From an uncultured Pelagibacteraceae bacterium (GTDB lineage: Bacteria > Pseudomonadota > Alphaproteobacteria > Pelagibacterales > Pelagibacteraceae), in assembly GCA_902516425.1 (NCBI GenBank), contig CABXYE010000001.1:123845-187844 (forward strand): a stretch of DNA of 64,000 nt, in the 5' to 3' direction. The notes below the pieces were generated by a model. It was not told where the DNA came from. It searched no databases and saw only the letters and a list, made by a program, of their open reading frames with translations. The translations under genes were made by a program, and so were the position numbers. How positions within the stretch are numbered: the stretch's first letter is position 1; each line of letters opens with the position of its first letter. This document shows, piece by piece, positions 9,579-18,654 of the stretch.

Positions 9579-10343
9579 TTACCTTCTTTGACCAAAGAGT
9601 CTCAGCAACATTATAAATAAATTAATGAAGTCTAAATAAAGCGTTAATGCTCCCATCACAGCTTTTTTACCCATCAACTCACCCGTGTCACTAGCGGAAT
9701 ACATGTTCTTAATTTTTTGAGTATCGTAAGCAGTAAGTCCCACAAAAATTAAAACTCCTAAAATAGAAATTACGAAATACATCATTGAAGATTTCATAAA
9801 TATGTTAACTATTGATGCGATAATAATTCCAATTAATCCCATCATTAAAAAAGATCCTAATTTTGTTAAGTCTCTTTTAGTTGTGTAGCCATAAATGCTC
9901 ATTGCTCCAAATGTAGCAGAACAAATGAAAAATACTCTTGTAATGCTCATGCCAGTATAAATTAGTAAAATTGATGAAAGAGACAGACCCATTAATGCGG
10001 CAAAAATCCAAAAAGTAGTTTGCGCTTTAGCTGCACTCATTTTATTTATGCCAAAGCTCATATAAAAAACAACTCCAAGCGGAGCCAACATTACCAACCA
10101 CTTTAACCCAGACATGTAGATTGCATTACCCATTTGGGTTAATCCAACTATAGATCCTGAGCTATCAGTCACAACAGACATCTTAAAAGTTAAAAGGGCA
10201 ATAATCCCTGTCAAAAGAATACCGGTTGCCATGTAGTTATATACTTTTAGCATGTAGGCTCTTAAGCCTTCGTCCATTGCTACAGTAGATTGTTGAGCAG
10301 CTTCTTTGGCTCTTGCAAGAATACCTTTTTTATTAAATTCCAT
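9579..10343 (-). CDS. Bax inhibitor-1/YccA family membrane protein
   Basis: DEGLRAYMLKVY, GYTTKRDL, AYDTQKIK, ALTLYLDFINLF. Confidence 0.93.
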   Translation of the reverse strand: MEFNKKGILARAKEAAQQSTVAMDEGLRAYMLKVYNYMATGILLTGIIALLTFKMSVVTDSSGSIVGLTQMGNAIYMSGLKWLVMLAPLGVVFYMSFGINKMSAAKAQTTFWIFAALMGLSLSSILLIYTGMSITRVFFICSATFGAMSIYGYTTKRDLTKLGSFLMMGLIGIIIASIVNIFMKSSMMYFVISILGVLIFVGLTAYDTQKIKNMYSASDTGELMGKKAVMGALTLYLDFINLFIMLLRLFGQRR

Positions 10344-10422
10344 ACCAGAGATATATAATCTTTTACTAATTATTCAAGATACCTTAGAAGATTAATTAAA
10401 GAATAGACACGAAAAAAGCGTT

Positions 10423-11463
10423 ATGAATTATAAAAAATTAGGCAATACCAACCTTGAGGTTAGTACAATTTGTCTCGGAACTATGACTTGGGGAGAACAA
10501 AACTCTGAAGAGGAAGGTTTTGAACAGATGGATTATGCGCTCGAAAAAGGAGTTAATTTTTGGGACACCGCTGAATTGTATTCAATACCCCCAAAAGAAA
10601 AAACTTTTGGTCTTACTGAAAAAATTATTGGTAATTGGTTTCAAAAAACAAAAAAGAGAGACAAAGTTATATTAGCGACAAAAGTTGCTGGACCTTCAAG
10701 AAATTATATTAGAGGAGGAGAAAATAGTTATGGTATAAAAAATATGACGATTGCGTTAAATGAAAGTCTCAAAAGATTGAAGACGGACTACATTGATCTT
10801 TACCAATTACATTGGCCAGAAAGAAAAACTAATATGTTTGGACGTTTGGGATATGAACATAAGGAAGATGATAAGAATTGGAATAAATTTGAGGATGTTC
10901 TTGAAAATTTGCAAAAATTTAAAAAAGAAGGAAAAATTAGGGAGGTTGGGCTTTCAAACGAAACTCCGTGGGGAGTAACTAGATGTTTGCAAATCTCAAA
11001 GCAAAATAATTTGCCAAAAATGATGTCCATACAAAACCCTTACAATTTATTAAATCGAACATATGAAATAGGCTTAGCAGAAATCTCTATTAGAGAAAAA
11101 GTTGGTTTGCTTGCATACTCACCCTTAGCAACTGGCTATTTAACTGGCAAATACAGAAATAATCAAATGCCAGAAAATTCAAGATTAGAGAGGGATGGGG
11201 ATTTTTGGACTAGGTATGATAAACCTAATACAACTAAGGCTGTTGATGCGTATTTTGAGATTGCAAAAAAAAATAATATTGATTTGACACAAATGTCATT
11301 AAAGTTTTGTGAAATTCAGCCTTTTGTTACTTCAGTTATAATTGGTGCTACAAAAATGGATCAGTTGAAAACTAATATAGAAAGTGTAAATATAAATCTT
11401 TCAGAAGAGGTAATAAATGAAATTAACGAAGTACAAAACATCTATCAAAATCCATGTCCATAA
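10423..11463 (+). CDS. NADP(H)-dependent aldo/keto reductase (Tas-like)
   Basis: LGTMTWGEQN, DTAELY, YQLHWP, GLSNET, AYSPLA. Confidence 0.92.
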   Translation: MNYKKLGNTNLEVSTICLGTMTWGEQNSEEEGFEQMDYALEKGVNFWDTAELYSIPPKEKTFGLTEKIIGNWFQKTKKRDKVILATKVAGPSRNYIRGGENSYGIKNMTIALNESLKRLKTDYIDLYQLHWPERKTNMFGRLGYEHKEDDKNWNKFEDVLENLQKFKKEGKIREVGLSNETPWGVTRCLQISKQNNLPKMMSIQNPYNLLNRTYEIGLAEISIREKVGLLAYSPLATGYLTGKYRNNQMPENSRLERDGDFWTRYDKPNTTKAVDAYFEIAKKNNIDLTQMSLKFCEIQPFVTSVIIGATKMDQLKTNIESVNINLSEEVINEINEVQNIYQNPCP

Positions 11464-11966
11464 TTAGAAAAATTTTTTACCTATCATTTGCTATTCTACT
11501 TATTTCGATATCAAAAAGTTATGCTGAGGACTTGAAGAAGATTGGCAAATTTAAAGATTGGGAAGTTTTGGTAGTTTCAGAAGCATCAGGTAAAATATGT
11601 TTTGCTCAGTCTATTCCAGTATTACAAGCACCCAAAACAAACAAGAGAGATGCAAGATTATTTGTAACTTTTAGACCTAATGATAAAATTTCTAACGAAA
11701 TAAGCGCAACCGCGGGGTATGAATTTAATAAAAATAATTCTGTTTTAGCAACATCAGGAAATAATAAATTTAAATTTGATATTAAACAACAAGGTTTTGC
11801 TTGGATGACAAGTGGTAAAAAAGAAAACATAATGGTTAAGGTTATGAAAAAAGGATCAAGAATTATGGTTACTGGCTATAATGAAAAAGGATCTCAAACC
11901 ATAGATCATTATTCATTATTGGGATTTACTAAAGCTTATAACTCTGCAAAAAAAGCTTGTAGTTAA
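11454..11966 (+). CDS. Invasion-associated locus B (IalB)-like secreted protein
   Basis: Signal peptide, GKFKDW, ICFA, YSLLGFTKA, terminal Cys. Confidence 0.7.
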   Translation: MSIIRKIFYLSFAILLISISKSYAEDLKKIGKFKDWEVLVVSEASGKICFAQSIPVLQAPKTNKRDARLFVTFRPNDKISNEISATAGYEFNKNNSVLATSGNNKFKFDIKQQGFAWMTSGKKENIMVKVMKKGSRIMVTGYNEKGSQTIDHYSLLGFTKAYNSAKKACS

Positions 11967-11969
11967 TTA

Positions 11970-13151
11970 ATGAAATCAAAAAAAAGAATTGTTTTAGCTT
12001 ATTCAGGAGGATTAGATACATCTATAATTCTAAAATGGCTTCAAGAAAATTACAGCGCAGAGGTAATTTGTTACACTTCTGATATAGGACAAAAGATTAA
12101 TAGAAAAAAGATAATCAATAATGCTAAAAGATTTGGTGTTAAAAAGATTATAATTAAAGATTTAAAAAATATTTTCGTAAAAGATTATGTTTTCCCTATG
12201 ATAAGAGGTAATGCGATTTACGAAGGGGTTTATTTATTAGGAACTTCCATAGCAAGACCATTGATTGCAAAAGACCAAATAAGAATAGCAAAAAAATTTA
12301 GAGCATTTGCAGTATCTCATGGTGCTACTGGAAAAGGAAATGATCAAGTAAGATTTGAGCTAGGTTATCACTATTTTGGTCCGAAGATAAAAGTTATCGC
12401 TCCTTGGAGGGTTTGGAAATTAAAATCTAGAAACGATTTGGTTAATTATGCAAAAAAACATGGAATACCTATTCCAAAAGATAAAAAAGGTGCACCACCT
12501 TTTTCTGTAGATGATAATTTATTTCACACATCAACTGAGGGTAAGATTTTAGAAAATCCAAAAAATTCAGCTCCAGAATTTATTTTTCAAAGAACAGTCT
12601 CACCTGAAAAAGCACCTGATAAATCGACTCATATTTTAATCAACTTTAAAAACGGTGATCCAGTTGGAATAAATGGGAAAAAATTAAACCCTGAAAAAAT
12701 TCTAACTAAATTAAATTTTATAGCTGGAAAAAATGGCATAGGAAGAGTTGATTTAGTCGAAAATAGATTTCTTGGTATTAAATCAAGAGGAGTTTACGAA
12801 ACACCAGGTGGAACACTTTTAATTCATGCCCACCGAGCTATTGAGTCAGTGACGTTAGATAAAGATACAATGCATAAAAAAGATTCGATCATGCCGAGGT
12901 ATGCGGAATTAGTTTACAATGGTTATTGGTATTCAAAAGAGAGGTTTAAATTACAAAAAATTATTGACGAAAAGAGAAATAAGGTAAATGGGTCTGTAAA
13001 ACTTAAACTATATAAAGGAAATATCACTATCCAATCTAGAATTACAAAGAGCAATGCATACTCAATGAAAAAAGTTTCTTTTGAAGAAAATAAAACTTTC
13101 AATAAATCTAATGTTGAAAGATTTATTAATTATCACAAGAAAAAACTGTAA
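11970..13151 (+). CDS. argG: Argininosuccinate synthase
   Basis: LAYSGGLDTS, HGATGKGNDQVRFE, KSRGVYETPGG. Confidence 0.97.
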   Translation: MKSKKRIVLAYSGGLDTSIILKWLQENYSAEVICYTSDIGQKINRKKIINNAKRFGVKKIIIKDLKNIFVKDYVFPMIRGNAIYEGVYLLGTSIARPLIAKDQIRIAKKFRAFAVSHGATGKGNDQVRFELGYHYFGPKIKVIAPWRVWKLKSRNDLVNYAKKHGIPIPKDKKGAPPFSVDDNLFHTSTEGKILENPKNSAPEFIFQRTVSPEKAPDKSTHILINFKNGDPVGINGKKLNPEKILTKLNFIAGKNGIGRVDLVENRFLGIKSRGVYETPGGTLLIHAHRAIESVTLDKDTMHKKDSIMPRYAELVYNGYWYSKERFKLQKIIDEKRNKVNGSVKLKLYKGNITIQSRITKSNAYSMKKVSFEENKTFNKSNVERFINYHKKKL

Positions 13152-13214
13152 TATTATTAAGTTTTAGGACAATTTATGGTTTGTTAAATTTATTTTTAGT
13201 TATATCTTAGAAAC

Positions 13215-13673
13215 ATGGAATCATTTAGAAATTGGATGAGAGATACAGCAAATATTTTGTTTGATGATAGTAAAAATGATCTACGTTCACTTCCTAAAAC
13301 TGTCAGATTGCAAATTTTATTAGTTTTGAGCTTTATTTGGACAACAGTTTTTAGTTTATATGTATTTTCATACACAACTTTTGTATTTGGTTGGACTGGA
13401 CTTTTTCTAGCTCATATTGGTTTAATCTTTGCTGTGTATATGACCTTTAAACATTTTCACAGGGCTGAAGAAAATTCATCTAGTGTTTTTAAAACAAAAA
13501 ATTTTGACCCTTTTAAAATAATGGTGCTCGTTTTTGTGATCGTATTTATATTCGTATTTTCAAAAGGAATTGAAGTTCTAACAAGTCCAAACCCCTACTC
13601 TTATTCAATACCATATGATGGTTCATCAAAATCAGTATTTGAAAAATGGTTACCATTTAGTAAAGACAAATAA
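13215..13673 (+). CDS. Hypothetical membrane protein (about 3 TM helices)
   Basis: 152-aa ORF with hydrophobic segments; stop overlaps the start of the next gene. Confidence 0.7.
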   Translation: MESFRNWMRDTANILFDDSKNDLRSLPKTVRLQILLVLSFIWTTVFSLYVFSYTTFVFGWTGLFLAHIGLIFAVYMTFKHFHRAEENSSSVFKTKNFDPFKIMVLVFVIVFIFVFSKGIEVLTSPNPYSYSIPYDGSSKSVFEKWLPFSKDK

Positions 13674-14053
13674 TGGAAAAAGTAGCAAAAAATTTACAAC
13701 TTATTTTAATGGTTATTATTTTAGTAAGTACAGTAATTGCCGTGGGTATAGAGATGTATAAAATGTTTGAAAACAGGTCTGTTACTTTAGCTGATTTATT
13801 ATTAATGTTTCTTTACCTAGAAGTACTTGCAATGGTGCGAGTTTTTTGGAACCAACAATCAATAAGTATTACATTGCCACTTTTAATAGCTATTACTGCT
13901 TTAGCGCGATTTATAATTCTTCAAGGAAAAGAAATGGATCCAACAGCATTAGTTTATGAAGCTATTGCTATAGTGCTGATTGCAGGTGCAATTGTTATTC
14001 TTAGATTAAGACATAGTGATAAACTAGGTCTTAAGAAAAAAAAATCAAAATAA
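13673..14053 (+). CDS. Phosphate-starvation-inducible PsiE family membrane protein
   Basis: LADLLLMFLYLEVLAM, IAITALARFII motifs; 4 TM. Confidence 0.85.
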   Translation: MEKVAKNLQLILMVIILVSTVIAVGIEMYKMFENRSVTLADLLLMFLYLEVLAMVRVFWNQQSISITLPLLIAITALARFIILQGKEMDPTALVYEAIAIVLIAGAIVILRLRHSDKLGLKKKKSK

Positions 14054-14059
14054 ATAAAA

Positions 14060-15199
14060 ATGAAGTTTGATGCCTCTAAGGCTGCGGCCTTAAATAAATT
14101 AAACAAATTTGTTGAGGAAAATCTTGGTGAATATTCTAGATTAAGAAATTTTGATTTTGGACCAGAAAAGAGAACCAATGTATCCTGTTTGTCTCCTTAC
14201 ATTACCCATGGAGTAATAAACGAAAGAGAAATAATTGAAAAATCACTTAGCAAATTTTCTTTTTCAAAAAATGAAAAATTTATTCAAGAAGTTTTGTGGC
14301 GGACGTATTGGAAAGGCTGGTTAGAGTTAAGACCAAATGTTTGGACAGATTATTTGATTGAATTGAATAGAACAAGAGAACATTTTAAGGATAACCAAGA
14401 TTATAAAAACGCCATTGAAGGCAAAACAAACATTGAGTGTTTTAATTACTGGGTAAATGAACTTAAAGAAAACAACTATTTACATAATCATACAAGAATG
14501 TGGTTTGCAAGTATTTGGATTTTTACTTTAGAGTTACCTTGGCAATTAGGAGCAGAATTTTTTATGCAAAACCTTTATGACGGGGATACTGCGTCTAATA
14601 CTCTAGGCTGGAGATGGGTAGCTGGTGTTCAAACCCAAGGAAAACATTATCTAGCAAGTGAATGGAATATTAAAAAATTCACAAATAATAGATTTAATAA
14701 TATTAAATTAAATGAAGGCGCTCCCCCAAAGATTTCAGAAAAAACTTACTCAATTGTCAAACAAGATTTTGGTAATACAAATATAGATGATAGAAATCTT
14801 TTAATTTTTGAAAATAATTTATCATTTGAAACTAGTGATTTCCAAAATAATGAATTTAAAAAAATTTATTTAATTTCAAATAAGAATGAAAGTAGATCTA
14901 TAAAATTAAGTGAAAATGTAATCAAATTTAAATCACTTTTGATTAATGACCAGAAGGAAAGATTAAATAATAAGTCTATAGATTGTGAGACAGTCGATAT
15001 AAATGAAATTAAAAATATAGGAGAGAAAGTCATTGCACTATATCCAAATGTTGGTGAAAATCTGGACTATTTAAATTTGAATAGTTTAAAATTTGATTTT
15101 CTGTATAGAAAACTAGATCAGTATTCTTGGCAATATTGTAATAAAGGTTTTTTTAATTTTAAGAATTATATTCCCAAAATAATTTCAACTTTTAATTAA
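14060..15199 (+). CDS. DNA photolyase family protein with N-terminal FAD-binding domain (NewPHL-like inverted architecture)
   Basis: LSPYITHG, KFIQEVLWRTYW, YLHNHTRMWFASIW, DGDTASNTLGWRWVAG all lie in the N-terminal half. Confidence 0.85.
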   Translation: MKFDASKAAALNKLNKFVEENLGEYSRLRNFDFGPEKRTNVSCLSPYITHGVINEREIIEKSLSKFSFSKNEKFIQEVLWRTYWKGWLELRPNVWTDYLIELNRTREHFKDNQDYKNAIEGKTNIECFNYWVNELKENNYLHNHTRMWFASIWIFTLELPWQLGAEFFMQNLYDGDTASNTLGWRWVAGVQTQGKHYLASEWNIKKFTNNRFNNIKLNEGAPPKISEKTYSIVKQDFGNTNIDDRNLLIFENNLSFETSDFQNNEFKKIYLISNKNESRSIKLSENVIKFKSLLINDQKERLNNKSIDCETVDINEIKNIGEKVIALYPNVGENLDYLNLNSLKFDFLYRKLDQYSWQYCNKGFFNFKNYIPKIISTFN

Positions 15200-15208
15200 G
15201 TTTAAATT

Positions 15209-15355
15209 TTATTCATTCTCCAATTTAAATTTTTTTCTATTATAAATTTTTTTTTCGTTTTTTATAATTTTATTTCTTAACATTGGCGAACTTAATAATT
15301 TTGCAATTGGATTTTTTTTTTTAATTTTCTTTCTTTTTTTGATTTTTTTTGCCAT
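15209..15355 (-). CDS. Small basic protein, ArfA-like (48 aa; not in ORF track)
   Basis: Manual translation MAKKIKKRKKIKKKNPIAKLLSSPMLRNKIIKNEKKIYNRKKFKLENE; fills the gap and starts 6 nt after the upstream gene's stop. Confidence 0.6.
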   Translation of the reverse strand: MAKKIKKRKKIKKKNPIAKLLSSPMLRNKIIKNEKKIYNRKKFKLENE

Positions 15356-15361
15356 AAAAAG

Positions 15362-16063
15362 TTATCTCGCAAGTTTTATAAAAATATCACCCATGCCAGC
15401 TTCTAGATTCTCTGTAGGTGTATTATTTCTAAATTCGCAAAATCTTCCGGTTATCTGATGACTTTTTACAAAATCTATCTCGTCCTTTTGACAACTTTTC
15501 CCATTGTGTAATAAACCTATTACTATTCGATCGTTAATACTGTAAACTTGTTTATCATTAATTTTATCACCATCACAAAAGTAATTTTTGTTTACTCTGT
15601 TTGGAAAGTCTACTTTCTTGCAGGGATTTTTAATTGTAAAAACAAAAAATTCTTTTACACCATCACTAAATTTATGTTTCATTTTATGAACCTCAGAGTA
15701 TTTCATAATATCACATGAACATGGGACGCAGCATTTATAATAGCTACCACAAATCTTATTTTTAGTTTTACTTTCTTTAGCATATATAAAATCTGGCTGA
15801 CTATTAGGATCAATTAATGAACCAGATACAGCACAATACAATTTATTGTATTCAATAAAATCTTTATAAGTAATGTCTTTATCAATTATATATTTAAAGA
15901 ATTTTGGGCCGGCAGCATTTCTATTTTTATCTGGAAATATTCTTGACCAGTCATTAATCAAATCTTTGTAATAATTTTTTTCTGATGAGTTTGAGATATT
16001 TGAAAATGACAAAACTAGAGCAATAATGACCGATGTCTTAATTATATTTTTTAAAAATCTCAT
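15362..16063 (-). CDS. Hypothetical secreted cysteine-rich protein
   Basis: Signal peptide; 10 Cys including CCVPCSC. Confidence 0.75.
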   Translation of the reverse strand: MRFLKNIIKTSVIIALVLSFSNISNSSEKNYYKDLINDWSRIFPDKNRNAAGPKFFKYIIDKDITYKDFIEYNKLYCAVSGSLIDPNSQPDFIYAKESKTKNKICGSYYKCCVPCSCDIMKYSEVHKMKHKFSDGVKEFFVFTIKNPCKKVDFPNRVNKNYFCDGDKINDKQVYSINDRIVIGLLHNGKSCQKDEIDFVKSHQITGRFCEFRNNTPTENLEAGMGDIFIKLAR

Positions 16064-16214
16064 TTATTTAGATTAAAATTTATAGTTAGGGTTCAGTCTA
16101 GATTAATAGTTGTAACTTTCTAGTGTTAAATATAAACAATATGTAGTTTTTGTTTAAACATTTGTCGCACTAAATTAACCTTTTAAATTATTAATTTTTA
16201 TATATTTAAAACAA

Positions 16215-16688
16215 ATGAAAAAAATTAGTTCAATTATCTGTTTACTAGTATTGATTTTTGTACCAACGATTACATTTGCAAATATAATTAATCAACTCAA
16301 TGAGACTGGCAAGTTTACTAAATTAAATGAAACACTTGCTAAGTCGGGTTTGAATAAAAATCTTGAGGACGATGGACCATTTACAATTTTTGCACCATTA
16401 GATGATGCATTCGCTGCAATTAGTGCACAAACATATTACGGTCTTTTAAGAGAGGAGAATAAAGAAAAATTAGTAAACATCTTAGGGAGACATGTTTTTT
16501 CAAAAAAAATAACATCTTCAGAAATAAATGGTGAAATAAAAATTAAGGCAATTAATGGTGAAGAAATAACAATTAAAAAGGTTAATGGAATAGTTTATAT
16601 AAATGAGGCTGAAGTTGTAACAGCTGACATTGAGGCTCCAAATGGTGTAATCCATTTTATAAATAGAGTTCTGCAACCTTTAAATTAG
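16215..16688 (+). CDS. Fasciclin (FAS1) domain protein
   Basis: Signal peptide, GPFTIFAPLDDAF (H1), ADIEAPNGVIHFINRVL (H2). Confidence 0.93.
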   Translation: MKKISSIICLLVLIFVPTITFANIINQLNETGKFTKLNETLAKSGLNKNLEDDGPFTIFAPLDDAFAAISAQTYYGLLREENKEKLVNILGRHVFSKKITSSEINGEIKIKAINGEEITIKKVNGIVYINEAEVVTADIEAPNGVIHFINRVLQPLN

Positions 16689-18131
16689 TTATTTTTGATT
16701 TAAAGTAATTGTTTCGTTTAATTTTTTAATAGAAATATTTTCGGTTTCACCATTTGTCCACTTAACTTGGATTTTTATATTTTTTTCATTTTCTCGAATT
16801 CCATAGTGAGCCACTGGTTCCATCTGACAAAGGTAACCCGATCCAGAGTCAATTGTTTTAGAATGTTTTCTCAAATTTGAAATTAATGTCACTGTTGCTC
16901 CTCTTGCAGGCGCACCGTATTTATTTAAAGGTTTTATTCTTAGATATTTATTTTTAGGGTTTACTTTTGCTTTATACAAGGACAATGGCTGATCAAAGCT
17001 TTCCCCGTGTGAAACTAATAATTCTAGAACACCGTCATTATCTATATCAGCAACTGCTGCTCCAGTTCCATATCCATTTGGCTCTAAACCAACATCTAAT
17101 GGTATTTGTTCAATCACACCATTGTCCAATATTTTAAAAAGTTTGTTTGGTTCACCAATGTTGTTCATAAATACTTCATCATAACCATCATTATCTAAAT
17201 CAGCTGAAATGACAGTTCTTATTCTTGATGGCTCATCAAAAGGTGGTTTGGCTATATCTTGAAAAATATTATCCTTTAACACATAGGCTCTGTGAAATCC
17301 TCCCCAATTTCCATTTAAGATATCTAATCGTCCTCTATAATAAATATCAGACAAAGCAGTCCCTCTCCCATTTTGAAGAAAATCTTCAACTCGGTATTTG
17401 TTTGCAACATTTAAAAATTTTCCGTTATTATTTTTATATAAAAAATTTGCTCCTCTCTCATTAGCTGCAAACACATCGATTTTATCAGAAATAATATGTC
17501 CAGCTACTACAGCTCGACCACCAGTAACCTTTGCAAGGTTTAATTGAACAGATTTATCAACTATTATCTTGTCACTATATTCGTAAAACCTTGTTGGTCC
17601 TCCATAATTAGCAACATAAACACCATAATTTCCATCACCTTTTCTGTCGACACAGACAACGGATCTGCCAGCAGTTAAATTAAGATCTTTCTGATTTTTT
17701 TCAATTTCAAATAAATCTATATACTTATCTTTTTCTAAATCGATAAGTCTATCTGAATATTTTTTTGTACCACTATATGTATCGGTGTTAAGAAAATATA
17801 TTTCTTCGTATCCATCTTTGTCTATATCACATGCAGCAACCCCAATAGTTCTCCTAAACTCATCTGTAAATTTTTTTTGATTTACAATATTGATTAATTT
17901 TCCTTTCTCATATGATAAAGCTAAATTCAAATAACCAAATCCAGTGACTACAAAATCAAAATTTCCATCTTGGTTTACATCAGTTACAGAAACTCCATAG
18001 CTAAGTCTTTTAGGATTATCAACAATTTGGTTTGTTATATCCTCAAAAAAATCAGCATACAAACTATTTGGCGTAAGTAGAAAAAGTAAAACTACCATTT
18101 TTTTTAAATATTTATTTATTTTAATTTTCAT
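16689..18131 (-). CDS. CRTAC1/ASPIC-UnbV family protein with FG-GAP-like Ca-binding repeats
   Basis: Repeated DxDxDG loops (DVNQDG, DIDKDG, DLDNDG, DIDNDG); C-terminal GAPARGA..GSGYLCQMEPVAHYG. Confidence 0.88.
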   Translation of the reverse strand: MKIKINKYLKKMVVLLFLLTPNSLYADFFEDITNQIVDNPKRLSYGVSVTDVNQDGNFDFVVTGFGYLNLALSYEKGKLINIVNQKKFTDEFRRTIGVAACDIDKDGYEEIYFLNTDTYSGTKKYSDRLIDLEKDKYIDLFEIEKNQKDLNLTAGRSVVCVDRKGDGNYGVYVANYGGPTRFYEYSDKIIVDKSVQLNLAKVTGGRAVVAGHIISDKIDVFAANERGANFLYKNNNGKFLNVANKYRVEDFLQNGRGTALSDIYYRGRLDILNGNWGGFHRAYVLKDNIFQDIAKPPFDEPSRIRTVISADLDNDGYDEVFMNNIGEPNKLFKILDNGVIEQIPLDVGLEPNGYGTGAAVADIDNDGVLELLVSHGESFDQPLSLYKAKVNPKNKYLRIKPLNKYGAPARGATVTLISNLRKHSKTIDSGSGYLCQMEPVAHYGIRENEKNIKIQVKWTNGETENISIKKLNETITLNQK

Positions 18132-18654
18132 TTTTTTTACTTTTATATTTTTTCATCCAATCACCAAATATTTTTATAGCATCCTCCATCTCCCTTGTTT
18201 TGTTAGGATGATTTTTTGCTCTGCCTAGCATTGTTGCAATGACATTCACCTGATACTTAATTGGACGATTTTTAATAGTTTTAACTGTGTAAAGAGCTTT
18301 TTCCCTGTTTTTAAATCCCAAACCTTGGGTAGTGGTTTTTGGATTGTAATCTGAATAAAGCGATAAATTTATAGGTCTAATTTTTTTACCTAGTGGCATT
18401 TTATCTATGATTTTAAAAACTATTTTATAATTAAGTTTGTCCATCACTTTTTTAGATTTTCCATCGAAACCAATCAAATTAATAGAAGATTTTTCTTTCT
18501 TATTAATTTTACAAATTAATTTTACATGTCTTTTATGGAAATCTTTTATTTTAGCTTGATATTTTTTTTTTGCTTCTAGATATATTTTATCTTTATAACT
18601 TGATCCAGAAACAAGTAAAATTCTACTTTTCCATTTATACTTTTCTAGGTTCAT
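18121..18654 (-). CDS. DUF4174-like domain fused to an uncharacterised C-terminal domain
   Basis: LEKYKWKSRILLV, LIGFDGKSK, FKIIDKMP (DUF4174 pattern) plus about 85 extra aa. Confidence 0.65.
   Translation of the reverse strand: MNLEKYKWKSRILLVSGSSYKDKIYLEAKKKYQAKIKDFHKRHVKLICKINKKEKSSINLIGFDGKSKKVMDKLNYKIVFKIIDKMPLGKKIRPINLSLYSDYNPKTTTQGLGFKNREKALYTVKTIKNRPIKYQVNVIATMLGRAKNHPNKTREMEDAIKIFGDWMKKYKSKKNEN

Noticed and set aside
16064-16214. Possible ECF/RpoE promoter or operator (TGTAAC, TGTTTAAACA palindrome) between the Cys-rich gene and the fasciclin
   Set aside because: No correctly spaced -35/-10 pair for a known ECF consensus; short AT palindromes are expected by chance
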